The notes under the pieces are model-generated. The model saw only the letters and a program-made list of their open reading frames with translations. It was not told the origin of the DNA and made no database searches. From positions 1 through 64,000 of the IMG/VR virus record IMGVR_UViG_3300031746_000007: DNA of 64,000 nucleotides. The stretch is one strand, 5' to 3'. Shown here piece by piece: positions 28,928 through 37,336 of this stretch. Position 1 is the first letter of the stretch. Every line of letters begins with the position of its first letter. The position numbers were made by a program, and so were the translations under genes. This DNA is from a virus.

Positions 28928-29460
28928 CAGAGAAGGTCCCCATTCTCTTGACGATCAGCGTGCGCCTTCTCGAGCCGTACCTGCCAGTAGAACTTTCCGG
29001 AGAAGTACATCGGTGCCGATCGGAGATAGAACCGCCGCTTGTCGCTCGAGCCATCCGACTTCGGGAACTCGATCTCGTAGAAGACCTCTTCGTCCGGGCC
29101 CGGCTCCTTGCCGTCTTCTTTCATCGACCGGAGCTGCCCGTCCGTGAAGCGACCGCTGATCTCCGACACCGAGATCATACCGACCTCGTCGAGCCCGATA
29201 GGCTGCACGATCTCGGTCATGGTCGTGAGATCTTGCACGAGCGGGGTCGGAAGGATGTCGAGAGCCGCCTCGATGACCGGTGTCCCGACGCCGCGCTGCC
29301 CGGAACTCCACCGCACCCGCACGACCCGGACCTTGTAGGGCCGCATGCCGAACTTCGTGAAGAGGTCGCGAACGCGGTCGGCGACGGGGATGAGCTTCTG
29401 CGCGAGCGTCTTGCCGAGCTGCAAGCTCGTCGGATCGGTGTATGTAGGGCGCGCGGGCAT
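28927..29460 (-). CDS. head closure (stopper) protein
   Basis: Position in neck module, beta-rich. Confidence 0.5.
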   Translation of the reverse strand: MPARPTYTDPTSLQLGKTLAQKLIPVADRVRDLFTKFGMRPYKVRVVRVRWSSGQRGVGTPVIEAALDILPTPLVQDLTTMTEIVQPIGLDEVGMISVSEISGRFTDGQLRSMKEDGKEPGPDEEVFYEIEFPKSDGSSDKRRFYLRSAPMYFSGKFYWQVRLEKAHADRQENGDLL

Positions 29461-29463
29461 GGG

Positions 29464-29868
29464 TTAGTGCACCGGGATCGAGCCCGCCTTGACCCCCGAA
29501 AACGACCGGTACCTCGTCGAGTAGGGATAGATCGGGGCGCCGAGGATGTCGGCGAGGCGGAAGCCCCACCGAACATACTCGCGCTCGAGCATGTCGGGCT
29601 CGTTCTCGCGGAGCTTCAAGGAGTCGAGCGCGCTCGCCGCCAGTCGATCCTGCGCCTCGACGAGCTTCGCCTCGATGTCATCCATGATCTTGAGGATGCG
29701 GCGCACTCGGTCGGTCGCCTCCTCGATGAGATTATTCAGCGACGTCTCGACGAGAAACATCGTCTGAATCGGGCGCGGGATGCCGTACGAGATCGACGCC
29801 GCGGGTTGCACAGCCAGGTAGCCGAGGTGATACCTCGCGCGCTCCTTCTCTCGTGCATCCAACGGCAT
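29464..29868 (-). CDS. head-tail adaptor
   Basis: EKERARYHLGY helical adaptor-like start; first neck gene. Confidence 0.55.
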   Translation of the reverse strand: MPLDAREKERARYHLGYLAVQPAASISYGIPRPIQTMFLVETSLNNLIEEATDRVRRILKIMDDIEAKLVEAQDRLAASALDSLKLRENEPDMLEREYVRWGFRLADILGAPIYPYSTRYRSFSGVKAGSIPVH

Positions 29869-29877
29869 CGTCGACCC

Positions 29878-30150
29878 CTACTTCACTTCTTCGATGTCCG
29901 CCCCGCTGTCGATCAGCCGCTTGATCCCATCGGCCCCGCCGTACCCGGACGAGTCGATGACGTCATCCTTGCGGAGCTTGATCGCCTGCCCGAAGAACGA
30001 CGCCTTGCAGTTCGACTTCACCCGATACTTCGGGGAGACGGCTGCCACGACCGGAACAACCATCGCCGGCGAAACCGCGGAAATCTCGAGCACGGGCTCG
30101 ACGCCGGTCTCCGGCAGCTGCTTCTTCTCGATCTTCTTGGTAGACGCCAT
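29878..30150 (-). CDS. hypothetical protein
   Basis: AAGGAG RBS, ATG 30150. Confidence 0.6.
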   Translation of the reverse strand: MASTKKIEKKQLPETGVEPVLEISAVSPAMVVPVVAAVSPKYRVKSNCKASFFGQAIKLRKDDVIDSSGYGGADGIKRLIDSGADIEEVK

Positions 30151-30159
30151 GTTCTTCTC

Positions 30160-30480
30160 CTTCGAAAAAGTAAGAGGCGCAACAGCGAAACAGCTCGATC
30201 AACAAGCCCCGATCGAAGGGGATGCAATAGTCTCCCTATTGCGCCTCTCACCCAACGCGCCCACACCACGCCGACAAGCGACGGGGGATTCAACCGAAAC
30301 AGAAGTCGCCAAGTGACCTGGATTAGAGGTCGACATTTTGACCAGCTCCGATGAGAATCCGAGGCGCTAAAAACAGCCCAGAAGCGTTGACGCTACACAA
30401 GGCAGCATCGCCGGGCTGAACGCCCACAACAGCAACTCGCAAAAGCCGTGCAGTGGGCAACTTGATCACGCTCGCCACCC
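30160..30480 (-). ncRNA. candidate structured RNA / regulatory leader (~310 nt)
   Basis: Non-coding gap with lower GC, several stems with G-U pairs on minus strand, own promoter, terminal stem + U-tract. Confidence 0.45.
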
Positions 30481-30484
30481 TTCG

Positions 30485-30512
30485 ATCCTACCTACCCGGC
30501 TGCGCGGGTCAA
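30485..30512 (-). promoter_or_regulatory. promoter TTGACC-N16-TAGGAT
   Basis: Direct reading; -35 lies within UUCG hairpin 30506-30527. Confidence 0.5.
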
Positions 30513-30564
30513 GGCGAACCTTGACCCACGACAGCCGAGCAGGAGGAGGAGACACCCGAAGGTG

Positions 30565-30598
30565 TCACCGTGCTCGATCACTCACCGTGCTCGATCAC
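30565..30598. repeat. 17-bp perfect tandem duplication at 3' end of capsid gene
   Basis: TCACCGTGCTCGATCAC x2 (30565-30581, 30582-30598). Confidence 0.9.
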
Positions 30599-31990
30599 CT
30601 GGACCCGCTTGTAGCGGGCGCCGTCGCCGGTGGTCGCGTCGGTGCGGATCGGCCAGGCGCCGATGAACTTCCACGACGTGCTCACGAGGTCTTGCAACCT
30701 ATTGAGCGGCGCGCGGATGATCAGCTGGATCCGATCCGAGAACACCTCGATGCCGTTGTTCGTGATGCGCGGTTCGCCGATACGACCCGTCACGCCGGCC
30801 TCGGTGATGAGCCCGGAGAGATCCTGGTAGTATTCGTACATCGCGCCTTGGCCAACGAACAGCGGGCGGTGCACCTTCATGCCGGTCGACGGGTTGCCGT
30901 TGTTGAACAGCTCGCCGGCGAACGGATCGTCCTGCGTGAAGGTCGCGGTGAGCCCGCCTTCGACGGTCTCCGGCAACGGGCATTCGCTGTTGCGGAAGAA
31001 GACGCAGTTCAGCAACTCGCCGACCGCGAACTGCCGATACATGAAGTGATCGGGCAGCGCGGTGAGCAGTCGCTGGAACTCGTCGTCGCCGAAGATCTGC
31101 GCCTGCGACGTCGGGTCGAGGTGGCAATGGAAACGACCGTCCGGCATCTCCGGGACGTTCATCTGCCAGAACCGCGCGACCGCCGTGCGGATGGTCGCCA
31201 GATCGAGCTTGTCGCTCGAGCCGACGTCGTCGACCTTGAAGCCGCCGCCCACGCGCACCAGGCTGGTGCGATCGTCGGCGATGACGTAGGCGCGATCGGC
31301 GGTCGAGGTGAGCGCTCCGCTGAGCGTGAGCACACCCGGACCGACTTCGTCGCCCGCGGTGTCGGGCGAGAATCCGATGACGGTGTCCGCGAGAGCGGCG
31401 CCGTTATCGAACACCACGACCTTGAGCGGGTTGTTCGTCGACACGACGTCGAACCGAACGGGGCTGCCGGCGGGGAGATCCGGCCGACGAGCGCGGGTGA
31501 ACCCGTTCAGCCGCTTGACGCGGAGACTGGTGCCCGACTGCGGACCGCCATCGGCGACGGTGTGGCCGGCGAGGGCAGCACCGTACAGTTGATTGCGCGG
31601 GATCCGGTTCATCGCCTGCGCGGCCGACATGCCGAGCTGGTGCGCGTTGCGCAAGAACAGGTTCGCGATCGCCGAGATCGACGTCGGCATGTGGGTGTCG
31701 ATGCTGTCGCTGTACTGGTTCAGCATCGCGGTCCACTGCTCTTCGGTGTAGCTCGAGGGCAGCGGATCGGTGCCGGGGACGAGCGGCTTCATCTTCGGCT
31801 TGATCAAGCCGACGCCGGTGAACACCATCGTGTCGCCGACGTTCGCCGGCCACAGCTGCGGCACGGCTTCGCCGCGGAACAAGAGCCGCGGGAACAGCGC
31901 GTCGTGAAAGGCGCGCTCGAGAAGGTTTTCCTGAACCAGTGCGCGGATCGCCGGGTCCTGAGTAATCGTACTAAAATCGGGCATCGCCAT
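30578..31990 (-). CDS. major capsid protein (HK97 fold)
   Basis: 470 aa after scaffold; LLERAFHDALFPRLLFR, FHCHLDPT, IIRAPLNRLQDLVSTSW. Confidence 0.8.
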   Translation of the reverse strand: MAMPDFSTITQDPAIRALVQENLLERAFHDALFPRLLFRGEAVPQLWPANVGDTMVFTGVGLIKPKMKPLVPGTDPLPSSYTEEQWTAMLNQYSDSIDTHMPTSISAIANLFLRNAHQLGMSAAQAMNRIPRNQLYGAALAGHTVADGGPQSGTSLRVKRLNGFTRARRPDLPAGSPVRFDVVSTNNPLKVVVFDNGAALADTVIGFSPDTAGDEVGPGVLTLSGALTSTADRAYVIADDRTSLVRVGGGFKVDDVGSSDKLDLATIRTAVARFWQMNVPEMPDGRFHCHLDPTSQAQIFGDDEFQRLLTALPDHFMYRQFAVGELLNCVFFRNSECPLPETVEGGLTATFTQDDPFAGELFNNGNPSTGMKVHRPLFVGQGAMYEYYQDLSGLITEAGVTGRIGEPRITNNGIEVFSDRIQLIIRAPLNRLQDLVSTSWKFIGAWPIRTDATTGDGARYKRVQVIEHGE

Positions 31991-32018
31991 CTCCTCTAAA
32001 AGTGAGAGTACACGTTCA

Positions 32019-32048
32019 CTACTACGACCAAAACCCTACAGTCGTCAA
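32019..32048 (-). promoter_or_regulatory. putative structural-operon promoter TTGACG-N18-TAGTAG
   Basis: Upstream of capsid gene; TTGAC..GTAG class. Confidence 0.4.
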
Positions 32049-32079
32049 GCGTGCCCGCAACCTCTCGAGGAGACGACGA

Positions 32080-32931
32080 CTAGATATTGATACCCAGTCC
32101 CCGCTTCGCGAGCAGCGCCCTGAATTCCGTGGGCGACAACTTGGTAGCGTCCACCTTGCCATTCTGTGCGGCAGCTACTGCGGCCTCACCCGGCTTCGGA
32201 GCCGCGGGGGCTCCTGCGCCTGTGCCGGTCGTCGCCGGTTTCACAACCTCACCGAACAGGTAGGGGTGCGACGAACGCAGGTCGGCGAAGTATTTTCCGT
32301 GGTCGAACTTCGCCAGCTCGTCTTCGCTCTTGCTCTCGAGCGACCGAGTCAGGAGACGAATGGCATAGTCGGGATCCTTGATCCCGGCGATGACCGCCGA
32401 CTCCCGCAACTCCATCTCCGCCTCTTTGGCATCGAGCTGGCGTTGCAACTCCTTGCGCCCGTCCGTCTCCGTCTTCACGCGACGCCCGAGATCATCGATC
32501 TGCCGTTGCAGCTGCACGCGCTCGCGATCCCACTTGTCGGTTCCCGACTTCGGGGGATTCTCGGGCGCTTGAGCCGGCGGCTTCGCCTCGGGTGTCTGCG
32601 GCTGTGCAGGATTCTTGAACCCCGAAAGGGCTCGTTGCAGATCCTCCACCGTCGTGAATCCGGAGTCCTTGGCGAACGACGACAGCGCTTCTTTCCGACC
32701 CTTCTCGCGAGCTTCGTCCTTCAATCGCTTGTAGGCCGACTGCGAGAGAACCTGAATGCGCCCGTCCTTGCCCGGGACCATCCCTTGCGGCAACGACTCC
32801 GCCGCCGGTTGAGCCGGAACTGGCGAAGGTGTGGCGACCGGCGCGGCTGGCGCCGTCACGATCTCCGGCACTGTCTGGGGTGCCGGTACCACTGTTGCTT
32901 GCGGGGGTGCTACTACCTGTGCGTCTGGCAT
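32080..32931 (-). CDS. capsid scaffolding protein
   Basis: P/A-rich N-terminus, coiled coil, HPYLF motif; directly upstream of MCP. Confidence 0.75.
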   Translation of the reverse strand: MPDAQVVAPPQATVVPAPQTVPEIVTAPAAPVATPSPVPAQPAAESLPQGMVPGKDGRIQVLSQSAYKRLKDEAREKGRKEALSSFAKDSGFTTVEDLQRALSGFKNPAQPQTPEAKPPAQAPENPPKSGTDKWDRERVQLQRQIDDLGRRVKTETDGRKELQRQLDAKEAEMELRESAVIAGIKDPDYAIRLLTRSLESKSEDELAKFDHGKYFADLRSSHPYLFGEVVKPATTGTGAGAPAAPKPGEAAVAAAQNGKVDATKLSPTEFRALLAKRGLGINI

Positions 32932-33101
32932 ATCGCTTCCTCTTGCCCGTGGGATACTCCGCTTGGTCGAACCGGCAAGTTACCGCCGCCGTCGCGTAGA
33001 CGGCGAAGTTTCTGCCGGGCGCCAGTCGGCGAATCGCCAACGCTATGAAAGTCACGGCGGGGATGTCCCCGCCGCTACAGTTGCAGAACTACGACCTCGA
33101 G

Positions 33102-33527
33102 CTACGCTCGCGTGAACGCGCCGTTCATGTCGACGGCCGGACGCGGGATGTACTCGATCACGAACGCGGTGACGTCGGCAGTCGCGAAGGTCAGCGTCTT
33201 GCCGTCGTCGCTCAACTTGGCGATACCCATCGCCGCACTGGTCGCCGGAGAGACGACGGTGCCGGCGGCATCGGTGATCCCGTAGGAGCCGACCGCGGTG
33301 CCCGTGGTCGCGGCAGTGACGCGAAGCGCTACGACCGCGAGGATCGCCGGGTTGCGACCGTGAGCCGCGTCGGTGATGTCGTGCGTGGCACCGGTCAAAC
33401 CGGTCAACGTGACCTTCTTCGGCGTCAACATGGTGCCGAGATCCATCTGCGCGAGCACGTCGGCGATCTTGCCCAGGCTGGCTTCGTCGAGAGCGCTCTT
33501 GAGAGTTTCCTTGAATGTCGTGGTCAT
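33102..33527 (-). CDS. hypothetical, possible head decoration protein
   Basis: T/A/G-rich beta protein near capsid genes; AAGGAG RBS. Confidence 0.5.
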   Translation of the reverse strand: MTTTFKETLKSALDEASLGKIADVLAQMDLGTMLTPKKVTLTGLTGATHDITDAAHGRNPAILAVVALRVTAATTGTAVGSYGITDAAGTVVSPATSAAMGIAKLSDDGKTLTFATADVTAFVIEYIPRPAVDMNGAFTRA

Positions 33528-33600
33528 CTCTTCTTCTCCTTCCGATCTCTCGGAAAAATTACAATCCTGTGACTACCGCAGGCAGAACGGCGTTGTCAAA

Positions 33601-33981
33601 TCACGCGCGCTCGCCGAGGTAGATGCGTACCTGAGTCGGGGTCGCCGGCACGCGCGTCAGATCGATCGCGGTGATCGGCACGCTCTGCGACAGAAGGATG
33701 AAGGTCGAGTCGACCGGCACGGACTGTTGCGTCCCGTCCGCGCTCGTGATCCGAACCTTCACCTTGCCGCCGATCGTCTTCACGATGACCACGTTCGCAT
33801 TCGTGACGCCACCGAACTGCACCGGCACCGGCGTGTCGACGGTGAGATCAACGTCATACTCCGTCTTCTTGGTGACGACCATCGACTCGTCCATAGGCGC
33901 GTCGACGTTCGGCGCGAGCGACGGCACCCCATCGAGCGGGGTGTTCGTGTAGCCGCCGGTCAGTGCGAACTGGTAGGCCAC
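33601..33981 (-). CDS. hypothetical, possible structural beta-sandwich protein
   Basis: V/T-rich, head region. Confidence 0.5.
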   Translation of the reverse strand: MAYQFALTGGYTNTPLDGVPSLAPNVDAPMDESMVVTKKTEYDVDLTVDTPVPVQFGGVTNANVVIVKTIGGKVKVRITSADGTQQSVPVDSTFILLSQSVPITAIDLTRVPATPTQVRIYLGERA

Positions 33982-33984
33982 GAG

Positions 33985-34197
33985 CTACCGCCCGCCGCTC
34001 GACATCGGGCCGAGGGTGAAGGGGCTCGGGTCCGGAGCCTTCGGCATCTGCGCGGTCGGGAGACGATCATCGGTCGGCACCGAGACGATGTTGTCCTTGT
34101 AGGTCCCGACCTCCGAGTCGTAGCGCTCGGTGAAGTCCTTGAACTGCTTGTCCTGGCCGACGTTGCTGGTCTCTTCGGCGTTGGGCTTGTCCGGCAT
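33985..34197 (-). CDS. small head-region protein (paralog of 34209-34394)
   Basis: NVGQDKQFKDFTERYDSEVGTYK; C-terminal PSPFTLG; AGGAGAG RBS. Confidence 0.65.
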   Translation of the reverse strand: MPDKPNAEETSNVGQDKQFKDFTERYDSEVGTYKDNIVSVPTDDRLPTAQMPKAPDPSPFTLGPMSSGGR

Positions 34198-34208
34198 GGT
34201 GCTCTCCT

Positions 34209-34394
34209 CTACTTCTTCAGGTTGATCGGGCTCGGGGTGTTCGGGAGCGTCGCGGTCGACTGCGTCGGCTTGCCGCCTTCGGCGCTCTTGTACTTACCGT
34301 ACTCGGCATCGTACCCGTCGACGAAGTCCTTGACCGGCTTGTCCTGCCCGACGTTGGCCGCCGCGCACGCGTTCTTGGATCCGCTCTCTGCCAT
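34209..34394 (-). CDS. small head-region protein (paralog of 33985-34197)
   Basis: NVGQDKPVKDFVDGYDAEYGKYK; C-terminal PSPINLKK; AGGAGAG RBS. Confidence 0.65.
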   Translation of the reverse strand: MAESGSKNACAAANVGQDKPVKDFVDGYDAEYGKYKSAEGGKPTQSTATLPNTPSPINLKK

Positions 34395-34403
34395 GATGCT
34401 CTC

Positions 34404-34631
34404 CTACTTCTTGCCGCCGAGGGTGAAGGGGGTCGGCGTGTCGATCGCCGAGGCACCGCCGCCGACTTGCGGCGGCTTCTCCGCGTAGTGCTGCGTCGGC
34501 AGACCGGGCGCGATCGGATGCCCCGCCTGCGGATCGTAGTTCGGCCCGTCTTCGAAAGACTCGGGACGAGCGAACCGCAGCGCGAGCTTGCGCAAGCCAC
34601 GAAACACTCCGGGGGGTCCTTGATACGGCAT
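34404..34631 (-). CDS. small head-region protein
   Basis: C-terminal PTPFTLGGKK; AAGGAG RBS. Confidence 0.6.
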   Translation of the reverse strand: MPYQGPPGVFRGLRKLALRFARPESFEDGPNYDPQAGHPIAPGLPTQHYAEKPPQVGGGASAIDTPTPFTLGGKK

Positions 34632-34651
34632 GCTGTTCTCCTTCTGCTCTA

Positions 34652-35134
34652 CTACACGACGCTTCTCTGAACGTCAACGATCGTCTCACCAAGCGCGGTC
34701 TGACATCTCTGAAGATATCGCGCGCCTGCCTCCAAAATCGACGGGGCGTCGTTCGCCATCGCCACCATCGTATTGCACTTGGCGCACAGCAACCCTCTAA
34801 CCCTACTGCTCCGATGATCGTGATCCACGACTGGGCGTGTGGTTACCAGCGGCTTTTCACAACACGCGCAACACCCGCGCTGCTCCGACCACATTTTCTG
34901 AAAGCGGTCGAGCGTCAAACCGTATCGTCTCCGCAACGCACACGCGCGCTGCTTCTCCCGGCGAATCGGATCCGAATCTCGAGCCCGGACCTTCTCCTTG
35001 TTCGCCGCACGCCACGCCCTTGTTCTATCACTCAGCTCTTTCCTATGCGCGTGCCGATACGCGCGAGCCTCTTCTTTGTGAGCGTCGCGATACGCTTTTC
35101 GCTTTTCCAACCGCGTCTCGATCCGGTTACCCAT
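34652..35134 (-). CDS. recombination endonuclease VII-like (homing-type) endonuclease
   Basis: QRGCCACC..VDHDH..VRGLLCAKCN. Confidence 0.85.
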   Translation of the reverse strand: MGNRIETRLEKRKAYRDAHKEEARAYRHAHRKELSDRTRAWRAANKEKVRARDSDPIRREKQRACALRRRYGLTLDRFQKMWSEQRGCCACCEKPLVTTRPVVDHDHRSSRVRGLLCAKCNTMVAMANDAPSILEAGARYLQRCQTALGETIVDVQRSVV

Positions 35135-35776
35135 CTACTTACGGCGTGGCTCACTCAAATGTACCGACATCGGCAGCCCTTGGTGAAAGCGTTGGTTGCT
35201 CATGTGCCCGATCGTTTCCGCACCGGGGTTGCTCTTGACGTAGACCTTAGCACCGGTCGCCGCGACGTAGTATCGCCCGCCTCGAGCGCCTTCTTGCACC
35301 GCCTTTGCCTCGGCAGTGTGCGCGTGGGTAGACAACTCCTGCGCCGAACGGCTCGCCTGAGATTTGACGTCGTCGGTCTTGCCTTGGTTGTGTTTTGCCG
35401 CCGCTTCGAAATGCGACCACGCAGCGGTAGAGTGCCACGACGCCGCATCCGTGTGTCCGGCGGCGCGTAGCTGTTCGGCTTTTTCTCGATGATAGACGTG
35501 CGCTACCTCGTGATCGACCGGACCTTGTGCTTTCTCGGCGTTCTTGCCGTCCTGGCTCATCTTCGGCTCGCGGGCTTTCTTGAGCTGCTCCGCCATCTCG
35601 CGGCCTTGGGCCATGCGACCGCGGGCCCGCGCCTCTAGCCCTTCGATGCTGCCGAGCTTGCCTTCCTTGTCGCCCGGCTCCCACTTCTCGCCGTGTGACT
35701 CGGGTGTCTCTCCGCCAGCCTTCTCGGTCGAGACATACTTCCGCTGCCCGAACTTGTCTTCGTGCCAGTATCCCAC
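35135..35776 (-). CDS. hypothetical charged protein with GxRGGxY motif
   Basis: QEGARGGRYYVAATGAKVYV. Confidence 0.6.
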   Translation of the reverse strand: MGYWHEDKFGQRKYVSTEKAGGETPESHGEKWEPGDKEGKLGSIEGLEARARGRMAQGREMAEQLKKAREPKMSQDGKNAEKAQGPVDHEVAHVYHREKAEQLRAAGHTDAASWHSTAAWSHFEAAAKHNQGKTDDVKSQASRSAQELSTHAHTAEAKAVQEGARGGRYYVAATGAKVYVKSNPGAETIGHMSNQRFHQGLPMSVHLSEPRRK

Positions 35777-35779
35777 GAC

Positions 35780-36016
35780 CTATCCCTTCCCGGGCTTCAG
35801 CTCGAAAGGCAGACCGGGGTGCGACAGCGGCTTCGTCTCGAGCCCGGGGATCACGACCTCGCCGAGGTCGCCCTTGTCGGCGCGCTCGGGGTGCTCGGGC
35901 GGAAGCGCGAGCCACTTCGCGTTGCCGTGGTAGTCCGCTTCTCGGTGCATGACCCCGGGACGTTCCACGATTGGAGTGTCGACCGGGATCCCGACGTTCG
36001 AATAGCTCTTTGGCAT
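35780..36016 (-). CDS. small head-region protein, possibly leaderless
   Basis: TTGACG-N17-TAGGTT-N6-ATG; C-terminal PGLPFELK. Confidence 0.55.
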   Translation of the reverse strand: MPKSYSNVGIPVDTPIVERPGVMHREADYHGNAKWLALPPEHPERADKGDLGEVVIPGLETKPLSHPGLPFELKPGKG

Positions 36017-36055
36017 GACCCAAACCTACACGCGAGCGACGAGGTCGTCAACCGC

Positions 36056-36574
36056 CTAGCGCTGCCACGGTCCCTTGCCCCGCGTCTGCGCTGCGTCGTG
36101 GTGTTCGTTGTTGCCGACGTAGTGCTTCTCGCCGGACGCGGTCACGACGTACTGTCCACCGCGCACGCCGGTCTGCAAAGGCTGCGCCCCCTTCGCCGGC
36201 AGCTTGCCCTTCTGATACTTGCGGATGTCGCCCGGCGACGTGTAGCCGCCTTGATCCATCTGCTTCATCCCGGGTCCGACGTCCCGATACTTTCCGGAGC
36301 GCACCGCAAGCTCACGCCCGATCGCTCGAGCCTCGTCGTGCGTCTGCTTCTTGAACGTCGCGAACGACCCTTTGCCGCCAGACAGCCACGGTCGCGGTTG
36401 TTCGCCGGTTGCCCGCTCATACTCCAAACGCGCGATTGCGACTTTGTGCGGCGCCGTCGCTTCTTCATACCTCGCCTGGCTCATCGACCCCTTGTGCTCT
36501 TCTTCCATCATCCGCAAGAATGCACGACGCTGCGACAGATCGGTGTCGATCGACTCCGTAGATCTCTTGGTCAT
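36056..36574 (-). CDS. hypothetical charged protein with GxRGGxY motif
   Basis: QTGVRGGQYVVTASGEKHYV. Confidence 0.6.
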   Translation of the reverse strand: MTKRSTESIDTDLSQRRAFLRMMEEEHKGSMSQARYEEATAPHKVAIARLEYERATGEQPRPWLSGGKGSFATFKKQTHDEARAIGRELAVRSGKYRDVGPGMKQMDQGGYTSPGDIRKYQKGKLPAKGAQPLQTGVRGGQYVVTASGEKHYVGNNEHHDAAQTRGKGPWQR

Positions 36575-36577
36575 CGC

Positions 36578-36928
36578 CTACTCCTTCGCCTTCACGGTCC
36601 CGCCCATCTTCTTGAAGACGTGCGTGACGACCGCCCAATAGTCCCCGGCTTCCGCCTCGCCCTCGGGCCCGGCCGCCGCGAGCGCCTTCTCCCAGATCGG
36701 CTCCTCCGCCGGGTCGACCCACGACGGCGGGTTGCCGTCCGCCTCGGGGTCGTAGCCGTCGACGAGCGCCATGATCTCCTCGTCGCCGCCCCCGTCCTTG
36801 AGCTGTTGTCGGATCTCGTCGACGTCGATCGGCGGCAGCTTGATCTTACCCTTCACGAACGGCGGAGCGTTGGCCGCCTTCACGAACGTCGCGAGCTGCT
36901 TCGGCTTGATCTTGGCCATGACCGTCAT
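36578..36928 (-). CDS. hypothetical protein
   Basis: IWEKALAAA..YWAVVTHVFKKMGG small helical domain. Confidence 0.6.
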   Translation of the reverse strand: MTVMAKIKPKQLATFVKAANAPPFVKGKIKLPPIDVDEIRQQLKDGGGDEEIMALVDGYDPEADGNPPSWVDPAEEPIWEKALAAAGPEGEAEAGDYWAVVTHVFKKMGGTVKAKE

Positions 36929-37336
36929 CTACTCCCCTCCCGACCGCTCTGACAAGGGTGGTCGGCGAAGGTTGCGCGCCTTCGTCTCATACTCGAGCCG
37001 GAGGTCAGGGTTCGCTCGCACGATGTCTGCGTCAGCCACGACGTGCGGATTCCAGAACCGCATCGCCCCGTCGCCCCCATGACCGAGCCGCACGTGACAC
37101 TCGAGCGGCGACATGCAGAGCGAGACCATGTTCGACTCATCGAATTCCAGCTCGGGATAACGGTCGACCGGCAGCACGTGATGCACCTGAACCCGATCGT
37201 CTCCACCGCACGCCGCACACCTCGAGTGCTCCTTGAGAAACCAGCGGGCCGCCTCCGCCCACTGTGCCGACCTGCGCCGGCGGAGCCACTCGTGCACACG
37301 CGACCTCGTCCACCGGTAGCGGTACCCCAGGCTCAT
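36929..37336 (-). CDS. HNH endonuclease
   Basis: CAACG..VHHVLP..ESNMVSLC..CH; ATG 37336 overlaps MuF stop. Confidence 0.8.
   Translation of the reverse strand: MSLGYRYRWTRSRVHEWLRRRRSAQWAEAARWFLKEHSRCAACGGDDRVQVHHVLPVDRYPELEFDESNMVSLCMSPLECHVRLGHGGDGAMRFWNPHVVADADIVRANPDLRLEYETKARNLRRPPLSERSGGE

Noticed and set aside
30160-30480. tRNA or tmRNA in the post-capsid gap
   Set aside because: No T-loop GTTCRA, acceptor stem or CCA end found.
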